The notes: a model not told the origin generated them from the letters alone. 64,000 nucleotides of DNA from an uncultured bacterium (GCA_963786935.1 CAWBAN010000003.1:224001-288000); one strand, 5' to 3'. Counted from the first letter of the stretch, positions 19,511-29,551 are shown. Made by a program: numbers and translations.

Positions 19511-20463
19511 AGGTAACGGAGCATCTCGCGAACGCGAAACGGCCGCTCATCAGCTTCGAGATCATACCGCCGAAGCGGGGGGGCAGCCTCAAGGAGCTTC
19601 TCGATATCGTCGATCGTTTGAGCCGCCGCGGCCCGAAGTTCATCGACGTCACGAGCCACGGGGCCGAAGTCGTCTACGAGGAGGAGGCGGGCGGCATCCG
19701 CAAGAAGGTGAAGCGGAAGCGGCCGGGCACCCTCGGAATCTGCGCCCTCATACAGTCGAAGTACGGAATCGACGCCGTTCCGCACGTTCTCTGCGAGGGC
19801 TTCACGCGGGAAGAGACGGAGGATTTCCTCATCGATATCCAGTATCTCGGCATCGAGAACATCATGGCGCTGCGGGGGGACGCGCCGGCACGCGACAAGC
19901 CGAAGCCCGGCGGCAGGACCTTCAACCGGACGGCGCGCGATCTCGTCGTGCAGACGGTGAACATGAACCGGGGCGCATACCTCGAGGACCTTCTCGACGC
20001 CGAGCCGAGCAACTTCTGCATCGGGGTCGCCGGCTACCCGGAGAAGCACTTCGCCTCTCCGAATCTCCAGACGGATATCCGGAGCCTCAAGGAGAAGGTC
20101 GAGGCCGGCGCCGACTACGTCGTCACGCAGATGTTCTTCGACAACGCCGCGTATTTCCGCTTCGTCGATCTCTGCCGCGCCGAAGGCATTTCGGTTCCCA
20201 TCATCCCGGGGCTCAAGGTGCTCCATTCCCGGCATCAGCTGGCGAGCATCCCGCTCAACTTCCACGTGGACATCCCGTTCGAGCTCTCGGAGGAGATTCT
20301 CCGTTCCGACGAGCGGGCCGCCGAGGAGGCCGGGGTGCGGTGGGCCGTCCGGCAGGCGGAGGAGCTTCTCGGCCGCGACGTGCCGGCCATCCACTTCTAC
20401 GTGACCGGGCGGGCCGATCCGATCGACCGGGTCATCGAGACGCTCGGGCTCCCGTCCGCATGA
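19507..20463 (+). CDS. metF: 5,10-methylenetetrahydrofolate reductase
   Basis: GTG 19507 overlapping the upstream TGA; ISFEIIPPK, FIDVT, ALRGD, VAGYPEKH, KVEAGADYVVTQMFFD, IIPG, IHFY. Confidence 0.92.
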   Translation: MKVTEHLANAKRPLISFEIIPPKRGGSLKELLDIVDRLSRRGPKFIDVTSHGAEVVYEEEAGGIRKKVKRKRPGTLGICALIQSKYGIDAVPHVLCEGFTREETEDFLIDIQYLGIENIMALRGDAPARDKPKPGGRTFNRTARDLVVQTVNMNRGAYLEDLLDAEPSNFCIGVAGYPEKHFASPNLQTDIRSLKEKVEAGADYVVTQMFFDNAAYFRFVDLCRAEGISVPIIPGLKVLHSRHQLASIPLNFHVDIPFELSEEILRSDERAAEEAGVRWAVRQAEELLGRDVPAIHFYVTGRADPIDRVIETLGLPSA

Positions 20464-20484
20464 AAGCAAGCGGCGATTCGGGCA

Positions 20485-20513
20485 TTTACAATCCGGCGCG
20501 AGCGGACTATACT
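20485..20513 (+). promoter_or_regulatory. Sigma70-type promoter
   Basis: TTTACA-17 bp-TATACT. Confidence 0.55.
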
Positions 20514-20600
20514 CATTGTTTGTAATCGGTTTCTCGCGGGGCCCGTCGTCGGCCATGCGAGGTTCGCTGTTTGGCGGAGCCGCATCGAGGTGATCGTGGT

Positions 20601-22355
20601 ATGAAACGTCTGTTCGATACGTCGAGCCTCTCGCTGCATCAATTCTCCCCGAAGATGTACTGCTACGTTTCAACGCGCTCCCCGCGCGTCATCGCCACGC
20701 TGCGGGGGCTCGCCGACGAACACGTCCGGTTCGAGGAAGCGAAAACGGAATCGGAGTACCGGACGTTCATCTTTCACAATCCGGCCGCTCCCCGCGCCGA
20801 TATCATTTCCTGCTTCTACATAAACGACCTCGCCGATTACGATCTCTCGCGCATTTCCGCGAAGCTCCTCGGGGGCGAATTCGCGCGCGACATCCTCGGG
20901 GATTCCCTCATCGCGCTGAGCTGCGCGAACGACGCGCGCTTCGCCTGCCTGACCGACTTCTGGGGCATCACGACGCATTTCTGGCATTGCTCCGAGGATA
21001 CGTTCGTCTGCGGCAGCAACGTTTTTCTGGTCGCCGCGCTCGTCGGCAGCGAGTTCTCGCGCGAAGCCCTCTACGACTATCTGTTCTTCGCCTGGCCGCG
21101 GAAGGATCGCACGTGGTTCGCGGACATCAGATGCCTTCGCCCCGGGCAGCAGCTCATATTCGATCTGAAGCGCCGCGCGCCGGTGCTGTCGGAATGCACC
21201 AATTTCCCGGACTACCTCGAACCGTCGAGCGGAGACCTCATCGAATCCGTCGAAACGTTCTTCAGCCGGGCGAACCATCGGATCGGCCCCGACCTCACGA
21301 ACTACATCTCCCTCTCCGCGGGGAGCGATTCGCGGACCGTGCTCGCGTGCATGCGGGCGCACCGGATGCGGCCGCACGCGGTCAGCTTCGGCAGGCACGA
21401 TATGGCCGAGACGAAGGAGATCAGCGGCCTGACGCACCGGCTCCACATTCCCTGGCTCTTCATCGACGTCGAGGGATTCGAGGAGAAGTTCGAGGATCTG
21501 TTCGTCGACGGGACGTTCTTCTCGAACGGGCTCCTCAATCCGCTGCGCACCCATTACGTATGGCTGTACCGCCACATCCGCCGCGGCAACGCGCTGTTCG
21601 AAGGGATCCTCGGCAGCGAATTCGTGAAAGGGGAAATCGCCGTGCCGGCCATGGCGGCGCATCCCTACCATGACGTGATCACGAAAGGATCGTCCGTCGC
21701 GGCGAGCGTCGGGAAATACTATCCGCAGCTTCCGGAGGAGTTCCGCGGCGCCATGACGGAGTACATCGACGCCGAATACGGCGCCGAGCTCCTCGACGTC
21801 GACTCGAAGGAGGGGGAGCGGGCGTTCCAGCTCTATCTCCTCGAGAACATACCGAGCAGGGTGTTCTCGGCCGTCATCGGGATCGTCAAGTCGAATTCCA
21901 TGTCCCCCTACTATCCGTTCCTCTCGCCGAGCGTCGTCCGCGCGGTCTTCAACAACGACGCCGGCATGCGAAAGAGCCTCTCGGTGCGGAAGGACTTCAT
22001 CGGCCCGATCCGGAGCCTGCGGGCGGAGGCGAAGATCGTCAAGTACATGGACGAGGAGATCTTCGAAAGCACCCTCGACCGCAACGTCAGCTTCGAGGAC
22101 GTTCTGGCGACGGCGCGCGCGGCGAAGGTGCGCAAGCGCGCCCGCGACGTGGGAGACAAGGTGCGGACGATGCGCCTCGTGGGCGGCCAGATAGACGTCA
22201 CCAAGCTCGTCGCGAAGCTGCGCGACCACGCCGCGGATGCTCCCCGCGACATTCTGCCCGTCAAGCGCGCCGACATCGTCGCGAACGACATGCTCGCCCG
22301 CGCCGCCATCAATTATTCGTGGCTCCGGGGATTATCCGACACGGTGCTGAAATAG
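20601..22355 (+). CDS. Asparagine-synthase-like (PP-loop) protein
   Basis: TDFWGI, RTWFADIRCLRPG, ISLSAGSDSR (PP-loop variant), EGILGSE, YYPFLS; no N-terminal Cys. Confidence 0.7.
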   Translation: MKRLFDTSSLSLHQFSPKMYCYVSTRSPRVIATLRGLADEHVRFEEAKTESEYRTFIFHNPAAPRADIISCFYINDLADYDLSRISAKLLGGEFARDILGDSLIALSCANDARFACLTDFWGITTHFWHCSEDTFVCGSNVFLVAALVGSEFSREALYDYLFFAWPRKDRTWFADIRCLRPGQQLIFDLKRRAPVLSECTNFPDYLEPSSGDLIESVETFFSRANHRIGPDLTNYISLSAGSDSRTVLACMRAHRMRPHAVSFGRHDMAETKEISGLTHRLHIPWLFIDVEGFEEKFEDLFVDGTFFSNGLLNPLRTHYVWLYRHIRRGNALFEGILGSEFVKGEIAVPAMAAHPYHDVITKGSSVAASVGKYYPQLPEEFRGAMTEYIDAEYGAELLDVDSKEGERAFQLYLLENIPSRVFSAVIGIVKSNSMSPYYPFLSPSVVRAVFNNDAGMRKSLSVRKDFIGPIRSLRAEAKIVKYMDEEIFESTLDRNVSFEDVLATARAAKVRKRARDVGDKVRTMRLVGGQIDVTKLVAKLRDHAADAPRDILPVKRADIVANDMLARAAINYSWLRGLSDTVLK

Positions 22356-22461
22356 CGGCGCCTCCCCGCGGCTGATCGCCGCGCCGGAACGCCGGCGCGG
22401 TCCGCCCGGGCGATCCCGACGGAGCCCCCCGAAAAATTCCGATAATCGTTTCGGAACAAGC

Positions 22462-22511
22462 TTGACACAACTGTACTTACTAAATATGCTGTGCATATTC
22501 TTTATGCACAG
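22462..22511 (+). promoter_or_regulatory. Sigma70 promoter plus palindromic GntR/YtrA-type operator
   Basis: TTGACA (22462)-17 bp-TATGCT (22485); perfect IR CTGTGCATA-TTCTT-TATGCACAG (22489-22511) spanning the -10 end and the ATG. Confidence 0.75.
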
Positions 22512-22905
22512 ACACCGGACGAATAACCTCACCGTCGCCGTTTCGGCGACGAGTCGCGACCCGATGTACCGGCAGGTCACGGATCAGATCAGAGACGCGA
22601 TCGCGGCGGGGACCCTCGCGGCCGGCGAGCGGCTGCCGTCGATCCGCGAGCTCGCGGCCGCGGCCGGGATCAGCCACATCACGGTCAAGCGCGCGTACGG
22701 CGATCTCGAGCGGGAGGGATACGTCATCGCGCGTCAAGGGCTCGGATCGTTCGTGGCGGGAATCAGCCGCGAGCGCATGAGAGAGGAAAAGCTCGAAGAG
22801 CTGCGGAGGGACATCGCGGGGCTCGCGAAGGCCGCGCGGTCCTTCGGCATACCGGTCGCCGAGATCGGGCGGATCGTCGACGAGCTGAAGATAAAACGGA
22901 AATGA
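22504..22905 (+). CDS. GntR family regulator, YtrA subfamily
   Basis: PMYRQVTDQIRDAI..GERLPSIRELA..TVKRAYGDLEREG..QGLGSFV; short C-terminal domain. Confidence 0.92.
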   Translation: MHRHRTNNLTVAVSATSRDPMYRQVTDQIRDAIAAGTLAAGERLPSIRELAAAAGISHITVKRAYGDLEREGYVIARQGLGSFVAGISRERMREEKLEELRRDIAGLAKAARSFGIPVAEIGRIVDELKIKRK

Positions 22906-22984
22906 GAGCCGCCCCGCAGGGGCGGTGCTCCAATGAGAGACGCTCGGCACGAGCGGATCGAGCACCACGAGAAGGAGGACTCGC

Positions 22985-23617
22985 ATGATCGCATTCGATG
23001 ACGCGCGGGAGATGGAACGCAGGGCGGCGGCGTGCTACGGGGACGGGCTGTTCGACATCGGGATGGGGCTCGGTCTCCTCTTCGTCGGATTCGCGATGAT
23101 CTTCGGGCTCGGCGCGCTCGCCGTCGTCTATCCCGCGCTCATCTTCCCCGTGGCGAAGGCGGCGAAGCGAGGCGTCACCGCGCCGCGGATGCACCATCTC
23201 GACTTCATGCCGGAGCCCGGCGAGGAATCGAGGAGGCGCCGCGGCCGGGCCGTGCTCTTCGCCGCGCTCGCCGTGCTGCTGGCGATCGGCGTGCTCGCGC
23301 TCCTCATGTCACAGCGGATTCCGGCGCGCATCTCGCACGGGCTGCGCGCCAACGCGCTCGTCATCTTCGGATGCATGCTCGCCGCGCTCTTCGGCGCCGT
23401 CGCGTGGATGGCGTCGGCGAAGCGGCTCCGCGGCTACGCGTCGGTCGCCCTGCTCGTCTTCGTCTGCGGGTACTGGTTCGACATGAAGGTGTCGGCGTAC
23501 CTGATGATCGTCGGCGCGGTCGTCGGCGCGTACGGCGCGATCGTGCTGTCGCGGTTCGTCCGGGATTATCCGCGCTTCCACAACCGGAGCGACCGGCTGT
23601 ATCAGCGGAGCATCTGA
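22985..23617 (+). CDS. Multi-pass membrane protein
   Basis: SD AGGAGG; six or more hydrophobic segments; DGLFDIGMG N-terminal motif. Confidence 0.75.
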   Translation: MIAFDDAREMERRAAACYGDGLFDIGMGLGLLFVGFAMIFGLGALAVVYPALIFPVAKAAKRGVTAPRMHHLDFMPEPGEESRRRRGRAVLFAALAVLLAIGVLALLMSQRIPARISHGLRANALVIFGCMLAALFGAVAWMASAKRLRGYASVALLVFVCGYWFDMKVSAYLMIVGAVVGAYGAIVLSRFVRDYPRFHNRSDRLYQRSI

Positions 23618-25221
23618 TCCCGCGGAGCCCCGCCGGCGCCCCGCGGCCGCAGCCCCTTGAGCGCGCGCGCGGCCGCCTCGTTCTTCCCGTTGAGCTCCAG
23701 CGCCCGGCGATACTCCTCCGCCGCGCGCGTCGTGTCTCCCCGTGCGATATAGGCGTTGCCCGTCCGCACGTGGTAATTCGACACGCCCCCCGGCGTGTCG
23801 CGCGCGACCGTCATGTTCGCGAAAAACGCGATCACGGCGAGCGCGGCGAGCGAGAGGGCGAGCTCCGCGGCGCGGCGGCCGCGCGCGAGCGCGGCGAGCT
23901 CCACGCACGCGGCGCCGGCGAAGGGAACGAGGAACACGACCACGGGCAGCCGGTACCGGGCGAGCACGTAGAACGCGAGCGCGGTCGCCAGATACGCGAG
24001 GATTCCGCCGTATAGAAGCCAGAGCGCTCTCCATCGGCCCCTCGTGAGAAAGACGCCGAGGAGCCCGAGCGGCGCGACGACGCCGAAGACGAGGAGGGGG
24101 AGCGGGAGAACGCCCGCGAAGCGCCGGTGAAAGTAGAAATTCTCGACGTTCGCGCGCTCGTAGGCGTTCCAGAAGAACCGGAACTTGCGCCAGAGGAGCG
24201 AGGCCCACGCGCCCGGGTGCTCGCGCGCGTACTCGATCCCGGCCGCGAGCCAGAAATCGGAGACCTCCGATGGAGAGAGCCCGCGTCCCGTTTCGCTCGA
24301 GGCGACCCGCGCCATGTTGACCGATTGCTCTTCCGGCGTTCCCCCGAGCGGGACGCCCCGGTACATGGGCACCTGATAGAAGCCATTCGCCTCGGGATTG
24401 CTGCCGTGGTAGAAATTGATGCCGGCGCCCGCCGTGAGCGGGATGAATTCGCCCGTGCGCAGCGCGTTTCTGATCGCGAGGGGCGCGACCGCCGCGGCGA
24501 CGCCGAGCGAGAGCGCGATCGCGCCGGCGAGGAAACGCCTCGCCGGGCGGGGGGTATGCGCCGCCCCCGCGCGGCCGTTCGATTCCGCCGCGGCCGACGC
24601 GCCCGATTCCATCCCCGCGAAATACAGATGCAGCAGCGCGAAGGGGAAGAGGAGAAGCGTCGGCGGATTCGCCGCCGCGGCGGCCCCGAGAACGGCGCCC
24701 GCCGCGAGCATTCTCCGCGGGCCCGGGCGCTCCCCGCCGAGCACGACCGCGACGAAGAGGGCGTTGAGGAACACGACGAGCGTCGCGGGGAGGAGCACCC
24801 CCTCGTAGAAGACGAGCGGCGCGTAGAGCGAGGCGATGAGCCCCGAGAGGAGCGCGGCGGCGTCCGACCTGAACGCTCGCCGCGCGGCGATCGTGACGAG
24901 GCCGCACGTCGCCGCTCCGAGGAGGGCCTGGACGATCCTGACCGCGGCGAGCTCCGGGCCGAACGCGCGGTAGATCAGCGAGAGGAACCACGGATAGACG
25001 GGGGACTGCATGAGGGTCGTCGGTCCCGCGTCGCCGCCGAACGCGAGCGCGCGCGCCCAGCGATCGTACGTCGCGGCGTCGAGCTGGAGGTCGGCGGCGA
25101 GCGGATTGAAACGCTGCGTGAAATAGACGTGGAGGAGGCGCAGCGCGAGGGCGATCGCGGCGATCGTCCACGCCGCGGCGACGAACGGAATGCGCCGTCG
25201 GGCTGGTTCGCTCGGGTTCAT
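23602..25221 (-). CDS. GT-C / ArnT-PMT-like membrane glycosyltransferase with C-terminal TPR
   Basis: DAATYDRWA, PVYPWFL, many TMs, GINFYHGSNPEANG, RYRLP, terminal TPR (GNAYIARGD..YRRALELN). Confidence 0.8.
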   Translation of the reverse strand: MNPSEPARRRIPFVAAAWTIAAIALALRLLHVYFTQRFNPLAADLQLDAATYDRWARALAFGGDAGPTTLMQSPVYPWFLSLIYRAFGPELAAVRIVQALLGAATCGLVTIAARRAFRSDAAALLSGLIASLYAPLVFYEGVLLPATLVVFLNALFVAVVLGGERPGPRRMLAAGAVLGAAAAANPPTLLLFPFALLHLYFAGMESGASAAAESNGRAGAAHTPRPARRFLAGAIALSLGVAAAVAPLAIRNALRTGEFIPLTAGAGINFYHGSNPEANGFYQVPMYRGVPLGGTPEEQSVNMARVASSETGRGLSPSEVSDFWLAAGIEYAREHPGAWASLLWRKFRFFWNAYERANVENFYFHRRFAGVLPLPLLVFGVVAPLGLLGVFLTRGRWRALWLLYGGILAYLATALAFYVLARYRLPVVVFLVPFAGAACVELAALARGRRAAELALSLAALAVIAFFANMTVARDTPGGVSNYHVRTGNAYIARGDTTRAAEEYRRALELNGKNEAAARALKGLRPRGAGGAPRDQMLR

Positions 25222-25254
25222 CGGCGCAGAGTCTAGGCCGCGCGGGGCGTCAAG

Positions 25255-25980
25255 TCAATCCGAATGGGCGGGCTCCCGCGGCGCGTTCCCGTCGCGGGCC
25301 TCGCCGCGGGCGGGTTCGCGGTAGAAACGTCTGAAGAGCAGGTACGCGAGGACGGCGATCGCGGCGCCGACGAGCATTCCCGCCAGCACGTCCGACGGCC
25401 AGTGCACGCCGGTGTAGATCCGGGAATACGAGACGAGGATCGCGACGGCGAGGAGCGGCGCGAGCCAGCGTCGCCAGACGAGCCCGAGGAAAAGCATCGA
25501 CGCGGTGATATTGGTCGCGTGGCTCGAGGGGAACGAGAACGAGTTCTTGTAGCTCCGCGTCACTTCGGCCGGCGTCGTCATCCACCCGCCGTCCTCGAGC
25601 CACAGGTGCACGTTTCCGATGAGCTCGCAGGGGCGCAGGCGCTCGAAGACCGGTTTCATGACGCTGCTCGAGAGCTGGTCGGACGCTGCGATGACCGGGA
25701 TGAGCATGAAGGCGGCCCAGCGGCCGCGCGCGCCTCCGAACAGGACGAGCGCGCACCAGATGAGAATGACTCCGATGCGCCATTTGTCGAAATCCGTGAG
25801 GAAGGGCATCACCGCGTCGAATGCGGAATTCTCCGCGGCGCCGTTGAGGAGCCGGAACGCCCGCACGTCGAGCGACGACGGATCGGGAGCGGCGGGCGCC
25901 GCCGCGGCGGCAGCGAAGAGCGCGGCGCACAGGAGCGCCGCCCAGAGGAAGACGCTTCGAAAGCATCGGATCGGTTTCAT
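25255..25980 (-). CDS. PAP2-family phosphatase
   Basis: KPVFERLRP, SFPSSH, SRIYTGVHWPSD. Confidence 0.92.
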   Translation of the reverse strand: MKPIRCFRSVFLWAALLCAALFAAAAAAPAAPDPSSLDVRAFRLLNGAAENSAFDAVMPFLTDFDKWRIGVILIWCALVLFGGARGRWAAFMLIPVIAASDQLSSSVMKPVFERLRPCELIGNVHLWLEDGGWMTTPAEVTRSYKNSFSFPSSHATNITASMLFLGLVWRRWLAPLLAVAILVSYSRIYTGVHWPSDVLAGMLVGAAIAVLAYLLFRRFYREPARGEARDGNAPREPAHSD

Positions 25981-25986
25981 GGGGAG

Positions 25987-26742
25987 CTATTCTACCAGAG
26001 ATTCCACTCCCTGAACAAGCCTTCCCGAGATCCAGAATCCGCCGATGACGCTCACGAGGGACGCTCCCCGCTCCCTGAACGGGAATTCCACGAGGCGCGG
26101 CGGCCTCGCCGGGGAGAGAAAGATCTTTTCGAGAAAGCCGCCGTTGCTCTGGATGGATTCGGGGAGCGTGGCGAAAAAGATGAAATCGATGAGGGCGACC
26201 GCTTCCTCGGCGCGCAGGGCGCAGAGGACGGGATGCCCCGCGCCGTCGGAGCGCATGAGCTCGAACGACGGCTGAATCCTCGTCAGCAGCCGTCCGACCT
26301 TGAGGTACGCGTAGGTGTTGAGCGACTTGAACGCCGGCACGTAGACCCTGAGCGTGCCGAGGCCCCCGATCTTCGCGGCGAGATGCGAGATCTCGCTCGC
26401 CATGGGGATCCGCTGCGACGGCTCTCCCTCGTATCCCGTCCGGATGACCGCCTGCGCGGCGCCCTGAATCGCGCCGAGCGCCTCGTCGATCCGCCGCTTG
26501 AGGGCGGTCGCGTCGACGTCGACGACCCAGAAGGGGAGATACACGTGCTCGGCGTTCGCTTCGCGGTCGTCTCCGTCGCCGCCCGCCGCGCGATAGACCG
26601 TGACCGGCTCGAGGGCGTCGCTCGAGAGGACCCAATAACGGCGGCAGGCGGGGCATTGGAAGGTGACGAGCTGTCCCATGACGGGGAGCTCGCCTCCGCA
26701 GTGCGCGCACTTCAACGGTTTGATGCAGAGCGTTTCGGTCAT
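25987..26742 (-). CDS. Zinc-ribbon protein
   Basis: CAHCGG..CPAC; YLPFW. Confidence 0.7.
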   Translation of the reverse strand: MTETLCIKPLKCAHCGGELPVMGQLVTFQCPACRRYWVLSSDALEPVTVYRAAGGDGDDREANAEHVYLPFWVVDVDATALKRRIDEALGAIQGAAQAVIRTGYEGEPSQRIPMASEISHLAAKIGGLGTLRVYVPAFKSLNTYAYLKVGRLLTRIQPSFELMRSDGAGHPVLCALRAEEAVALIDFIFFATLPESIQSNGGFLEKIFLSPARPPRLVEFPFRERGASLVSVIGGFWISGRLVQGVESLVE

Positions 26743-26743
26743 G

Positions 26744-27796
26744 TCAATCCTCACTTCCGAGGAGGCCGTTGATCTTGAGCGCCGCCCACTCGTGGGGCGG
26801 CAGAAAGCGTTGCTCGCGCGCCGTGTCGAGCGCGTACAGAACGGCGAGCGGCACGAGCGCGAGCGGCGGCCACGTCGCCGCGAGGAACGCGAGCGCCGCG
26901 GGGGCGAAAAAAAGCCGTTTCGAATCGATCCGCCGCCGGCGCGGCACCTCTCCCCGCACGACCGCGCCGTTCCCGCCGTCGATCGTGATCGTGTAGAGGC
27001 GTCCCCCGCACGTGTAGCGGAGCAGGTACACGGGGTAGTAGTGGAGCGAGAGGCGGCTGTCGAAAAAGTGGAAGCGTTTCGCGCGGACGTTCGTGCCCGC
27101 CGGGGCGGCGAGACGCTCGAGAAGGCCGAGCGCGTCGCGGCTGATGAGCCGGTCGCTCCGCACGGGAAGCGCGACCGTGTGCCCGGACCGGGCCTTGTCG
27201 TCGAGCACGTCCCAGTCGAGGAATCCGGTGCGCAGCGAGATGCCCTGCAGGCCGAGGCTCGGGAGCACGCACGCCGGAGCGCTCCAGTCGACGCGTTTGA
27301 ACACGAGCCGCGAGCAGGGCGTTCGCTCCTCGCGGACGATCGTGCGCGCCCGGTTCGCGCCGCCCGGTTCGTCCGAGACGGTTTCGACCCTCACCCGCGC
27401 GGTTTTCTCTCCCGATATCCATCCCATGAGCCTTCCGCGCAGCCGCCAGAACGGAACGTGGATCAGCTTCTGGTCGGCGATCGCCGCGCGCCGCGTGCCG
27501 AGCCGGTGGTCTGTCTGCTCGGCGATGTAGCGGATCGCGGCGAGCCGCGCCTTCGCGGGCGTGATCTTCGGGCTGAGGATGAAGCTCCGGACGCCGCGCG
27601 GCGTCGTGACGAGGAGCGCGGATCCGCAGTAGCCGCAGCGGACGCTGCGATCCCCCTCGTTGACCCGGATGGAGCCGCCGCACTCGGGGCACGTCGCCCC
27701 GCCGGCGACCGCGGGCTCCGGCGAAGGAGCCGCCGGCCGCTTGGCGCCTGCGCGGGATCCCGTCTCCGCCGCGGATGTCACCCGTTCCGCGATCAT
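26744..27796 (-). CDS. Zinc-ribbon membrane-associated protein (YdjG-like)
   Basis: ATG 27796 (ATGA overlap); CPECGG..CGYCGS; HVPFW; HYYPVY..IDGGNGAV; C-terminal hydrophobic segment. Confidence 0.7.
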   Translation of the reverse strand: MIAERVTSAAETGSRAGAKRPAAPSPEPAVAGGATCPECGGSIRVNEGDRSVRCGYCGSALLVTTPRGVRSFILSPKITPAKARLAAIRYIAEQTDHRLGTRRAAIADQKLIHVPFWRLRGRLMGWISGEKTARVRVETVSDEPGGANRARTIVREERTPCSRLVFKRVDWSAPACVLPSLGLQGISLRTGFLDWDVLDDKARSGHTVALPVRSDRLISRDALGLLERLAAPAGTNVRAKRFHFFDSRLSLHYYPVYLLRYTCGGRLYTITIDGGNGAVVRGEVPRRRRIDSKRLFFAPAALAFLAATWPPLALVPLAVLYALDTAREQRFLPPHEWAALKINGLLGSED

Positions 27797-28494
27797 TCGT
27801 GCTTCGTCGCCCTTTCGTGGATGGTGAACAACGCGTATCCGCAGCCGGAGGCCGCCATGATGAGCGCGAGACGCGCGAGCGCGCTCGAGGCAAATTTCCC
27901 GATCACGAGGTAGGTTGCGAACAAAGCGGCCGCCGCGACGAGGAGGCCGAGCCGCAGCGCCCGCGGCCGCTCGGGCGGGAGCGCGGCGGCGATCGTCTGC
28001 CAGCTCTCGCCGACGACGGCCGCCGATCCTTTCCAATCCCCGGCGCCGTAGCGGATGCGGTACACCGGCACATGGACGATTCGAATCGCGTCGGTATCGA
28101 TGCGGTCGGCCGGGACGATTCTGCCCGCCGGGGGATTCGACTCGTCGAAGAAGCGGTATTCGCCCGCGGGGGGATAGGGGACTCCTCCCGGCGGCGCGCC
28201 GGACGAGCACGCCGGGGCGGTGGACGTCTCGCCCGCGTCGGTCTCGATCATCGCGTACGGCACGTACGAGAAATCGATCGCGGCGACGACGGGGCGCCGG
28301 CATTTCCGTTCGATGAGGAACGAGCGCAGGACGCTCTCGGCCGCGCGATCGTCGCGCGCGTGAACGAGGACCAGATGCTCGGGCCCCGCCTCTTTCTCGA
28401 CGGCGAGCGCCGAGCCGCAGTACGAGCAGGCGAGGATCTCCTGCCCGGGATTGACCGTGTTTTCGCCCCCGCAGAGGCCGCACCGGATGTGCAT
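27793..28494 (-). CDS. Zinc-ribbon protein with two C-terminal TM helices
   Basis: CGLCGG..CSYCGS; YVPY; HVPVY; two hydrophobic helices. Confidence 0.7.
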   Translation of the reverse strand: MHIRCGLCGGENTVNPGQEILACSYCGSALAVEKEAGPEHLVLVHARDDRAAESVLRSFLIERKCRRPVVAAIDFSYVPYAMIETDAGETSTAPACSSGAPPGGVPYPPAGEYRFFDESNPPAGRIVPADRIDTDAIRIVHVPVYRIRYGAGDWKGSAAVVGESWQTIAAALPPERPRALRLGLLVAAAALFATYLVIGKFASSALARLALIMAASGCGYALFTIHERATKHE

Positions 28495-28498
28495 GGCG

Positions 28499-29551
28499 CT
28501 ACCGGCCTTCGACCTTCGTCCCGCAGTTCGGGCAGTACTTGGCGCCGCTTCCGAGCTCGGCCGTGCAGTGGGCGCACCGCGCGGGGCGCGCGACGGGGGC
28601 GCCGCACGAGCCGCAGAAGCGCGCGTCCGCCGGGACGGCGGCGCGGCACTTCGCGCACTCGATCGTCTCCGCCACGGCGGTGCCCTGCGCCCGCGCGCTC
28701 TGCGCGATCATGCCCGGCATCATGAAGCCGAGCCCCGCGCCGACGCCGATGCCCATCCCGCTCGCCGCCGCCGAGCCCGCGCCGTCGGCGCCGCCCGCGG
28801 CCGCCGCGTCCCCCATGGCCTTCGCGGCCTTGAACTTGAAGAAGCTGTCGAGATTGCCGACCGCCTCGAGCCCGCTCCGCTCGTCGATCATCTTCTGCAC
28901 CTCGGGGGGCGGCGTGATGGCGTTGAGATAGAAATCGGCGAGCTCCATCCCGTATTTCGTGAAGTCGCCGACGAGCCGCTCCTTGATCTCGACGGCGAGC
29001 TCGTCGTAGCTGCGCGGGAGATCGAAGATCGTGTCGAGCTTCTCGCCGAAGAGGTCGTTGATGCGCGCGACGATGACGTCGCGGAGGTAGTCGCCGATCA
29101 TCTCGCTCGTGTAGGAGCCCTGCGTGCCGACGACCTTGTTGATGAAGACGAGCGGATCGACGACGGTGAACGTGTACACGCCGAACGCGCGCAGTCGCAC
29201 GAGCCCGAGCTTCGAGTCCGTGAAGGCGACCGGGTCCTTCGTGCCCCACTTCTGGTTGATGAACACCTTCCGGTTGACGAAGAACACCTCGGCCCGGAAG
29301 GGGCTCTTGAATCCCCACGGGAGCGAGAGCGCCTTCGTGAGAATCGGGAGGTTCTTCGAAATGAGCGTATGGCGGCCCGGCCCGAACACGTCGAGCCCCT
29401 TGCCGTCCTTGAAAAACACCGCGGTCTGGTTGTCGCGGACGACGAGCTGCGCGCCGATCTTGATCTCGGCGGAGCCTTCGGGCGGAATGCGGTGAACGAT
29501 TTCCTCGCCCGATAAATCGAACCATTCCAGCAGTTCCATGAACTGAGACAT
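28499..29551 (-). CDS. SPFH/band-7 domain protein with double zinc ribbon (YdjI-like)
   Basis: [48 protein letters not shown]-terminal CAKC..CGSCG..CAHC..CPNCG; SD GGAGG. Confidence 0.88.
   Translation of the reverse strand: MSQFMELLEWFDLSGEEIVHRIPPEGSAEIKIGAQLVVRDNQTAVFFKDGKGLDVFGPGRHTLISKNLPILTKALSLPWGFKSPFRAEVFFVNRKVFINQKWGTKDPVAFTDSKLGLVRLRAFGVYTFTVVDPLVFINKVVGTQGSYTSEMIGDYLRDVIVARINDLFGEKLDTIFDLPRSYDELAVEIKERLVGDFTKYGMELADFYLNAITPPPEVQKMIDERSGLEAVGNLDSFFKFKAAKAMGDAAAAGGADGAGSAAASGMGIGVGAGLGFMMPGMIAQSARAQGTAVAETIECAKCRAAVPADARFCGSCGAPVARPARCAHCTAELGSGAKYCPNCGTKVEGR

Noticed and set aside
20601..22355. Lasso-peptide cyclase cluster
   Set aside because: No precursor peptide, RRE or transglutaminase-like protease gene is adjacent.
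26744..28483. 579-aa ORF as a single protein (similarly 7071..8684, 18817..20463, 37060..39477, 55091..57457)
   Set aside because: The N-terminal extensions overlap other genes or promoters and are low-complexity; real starts lie downstream.
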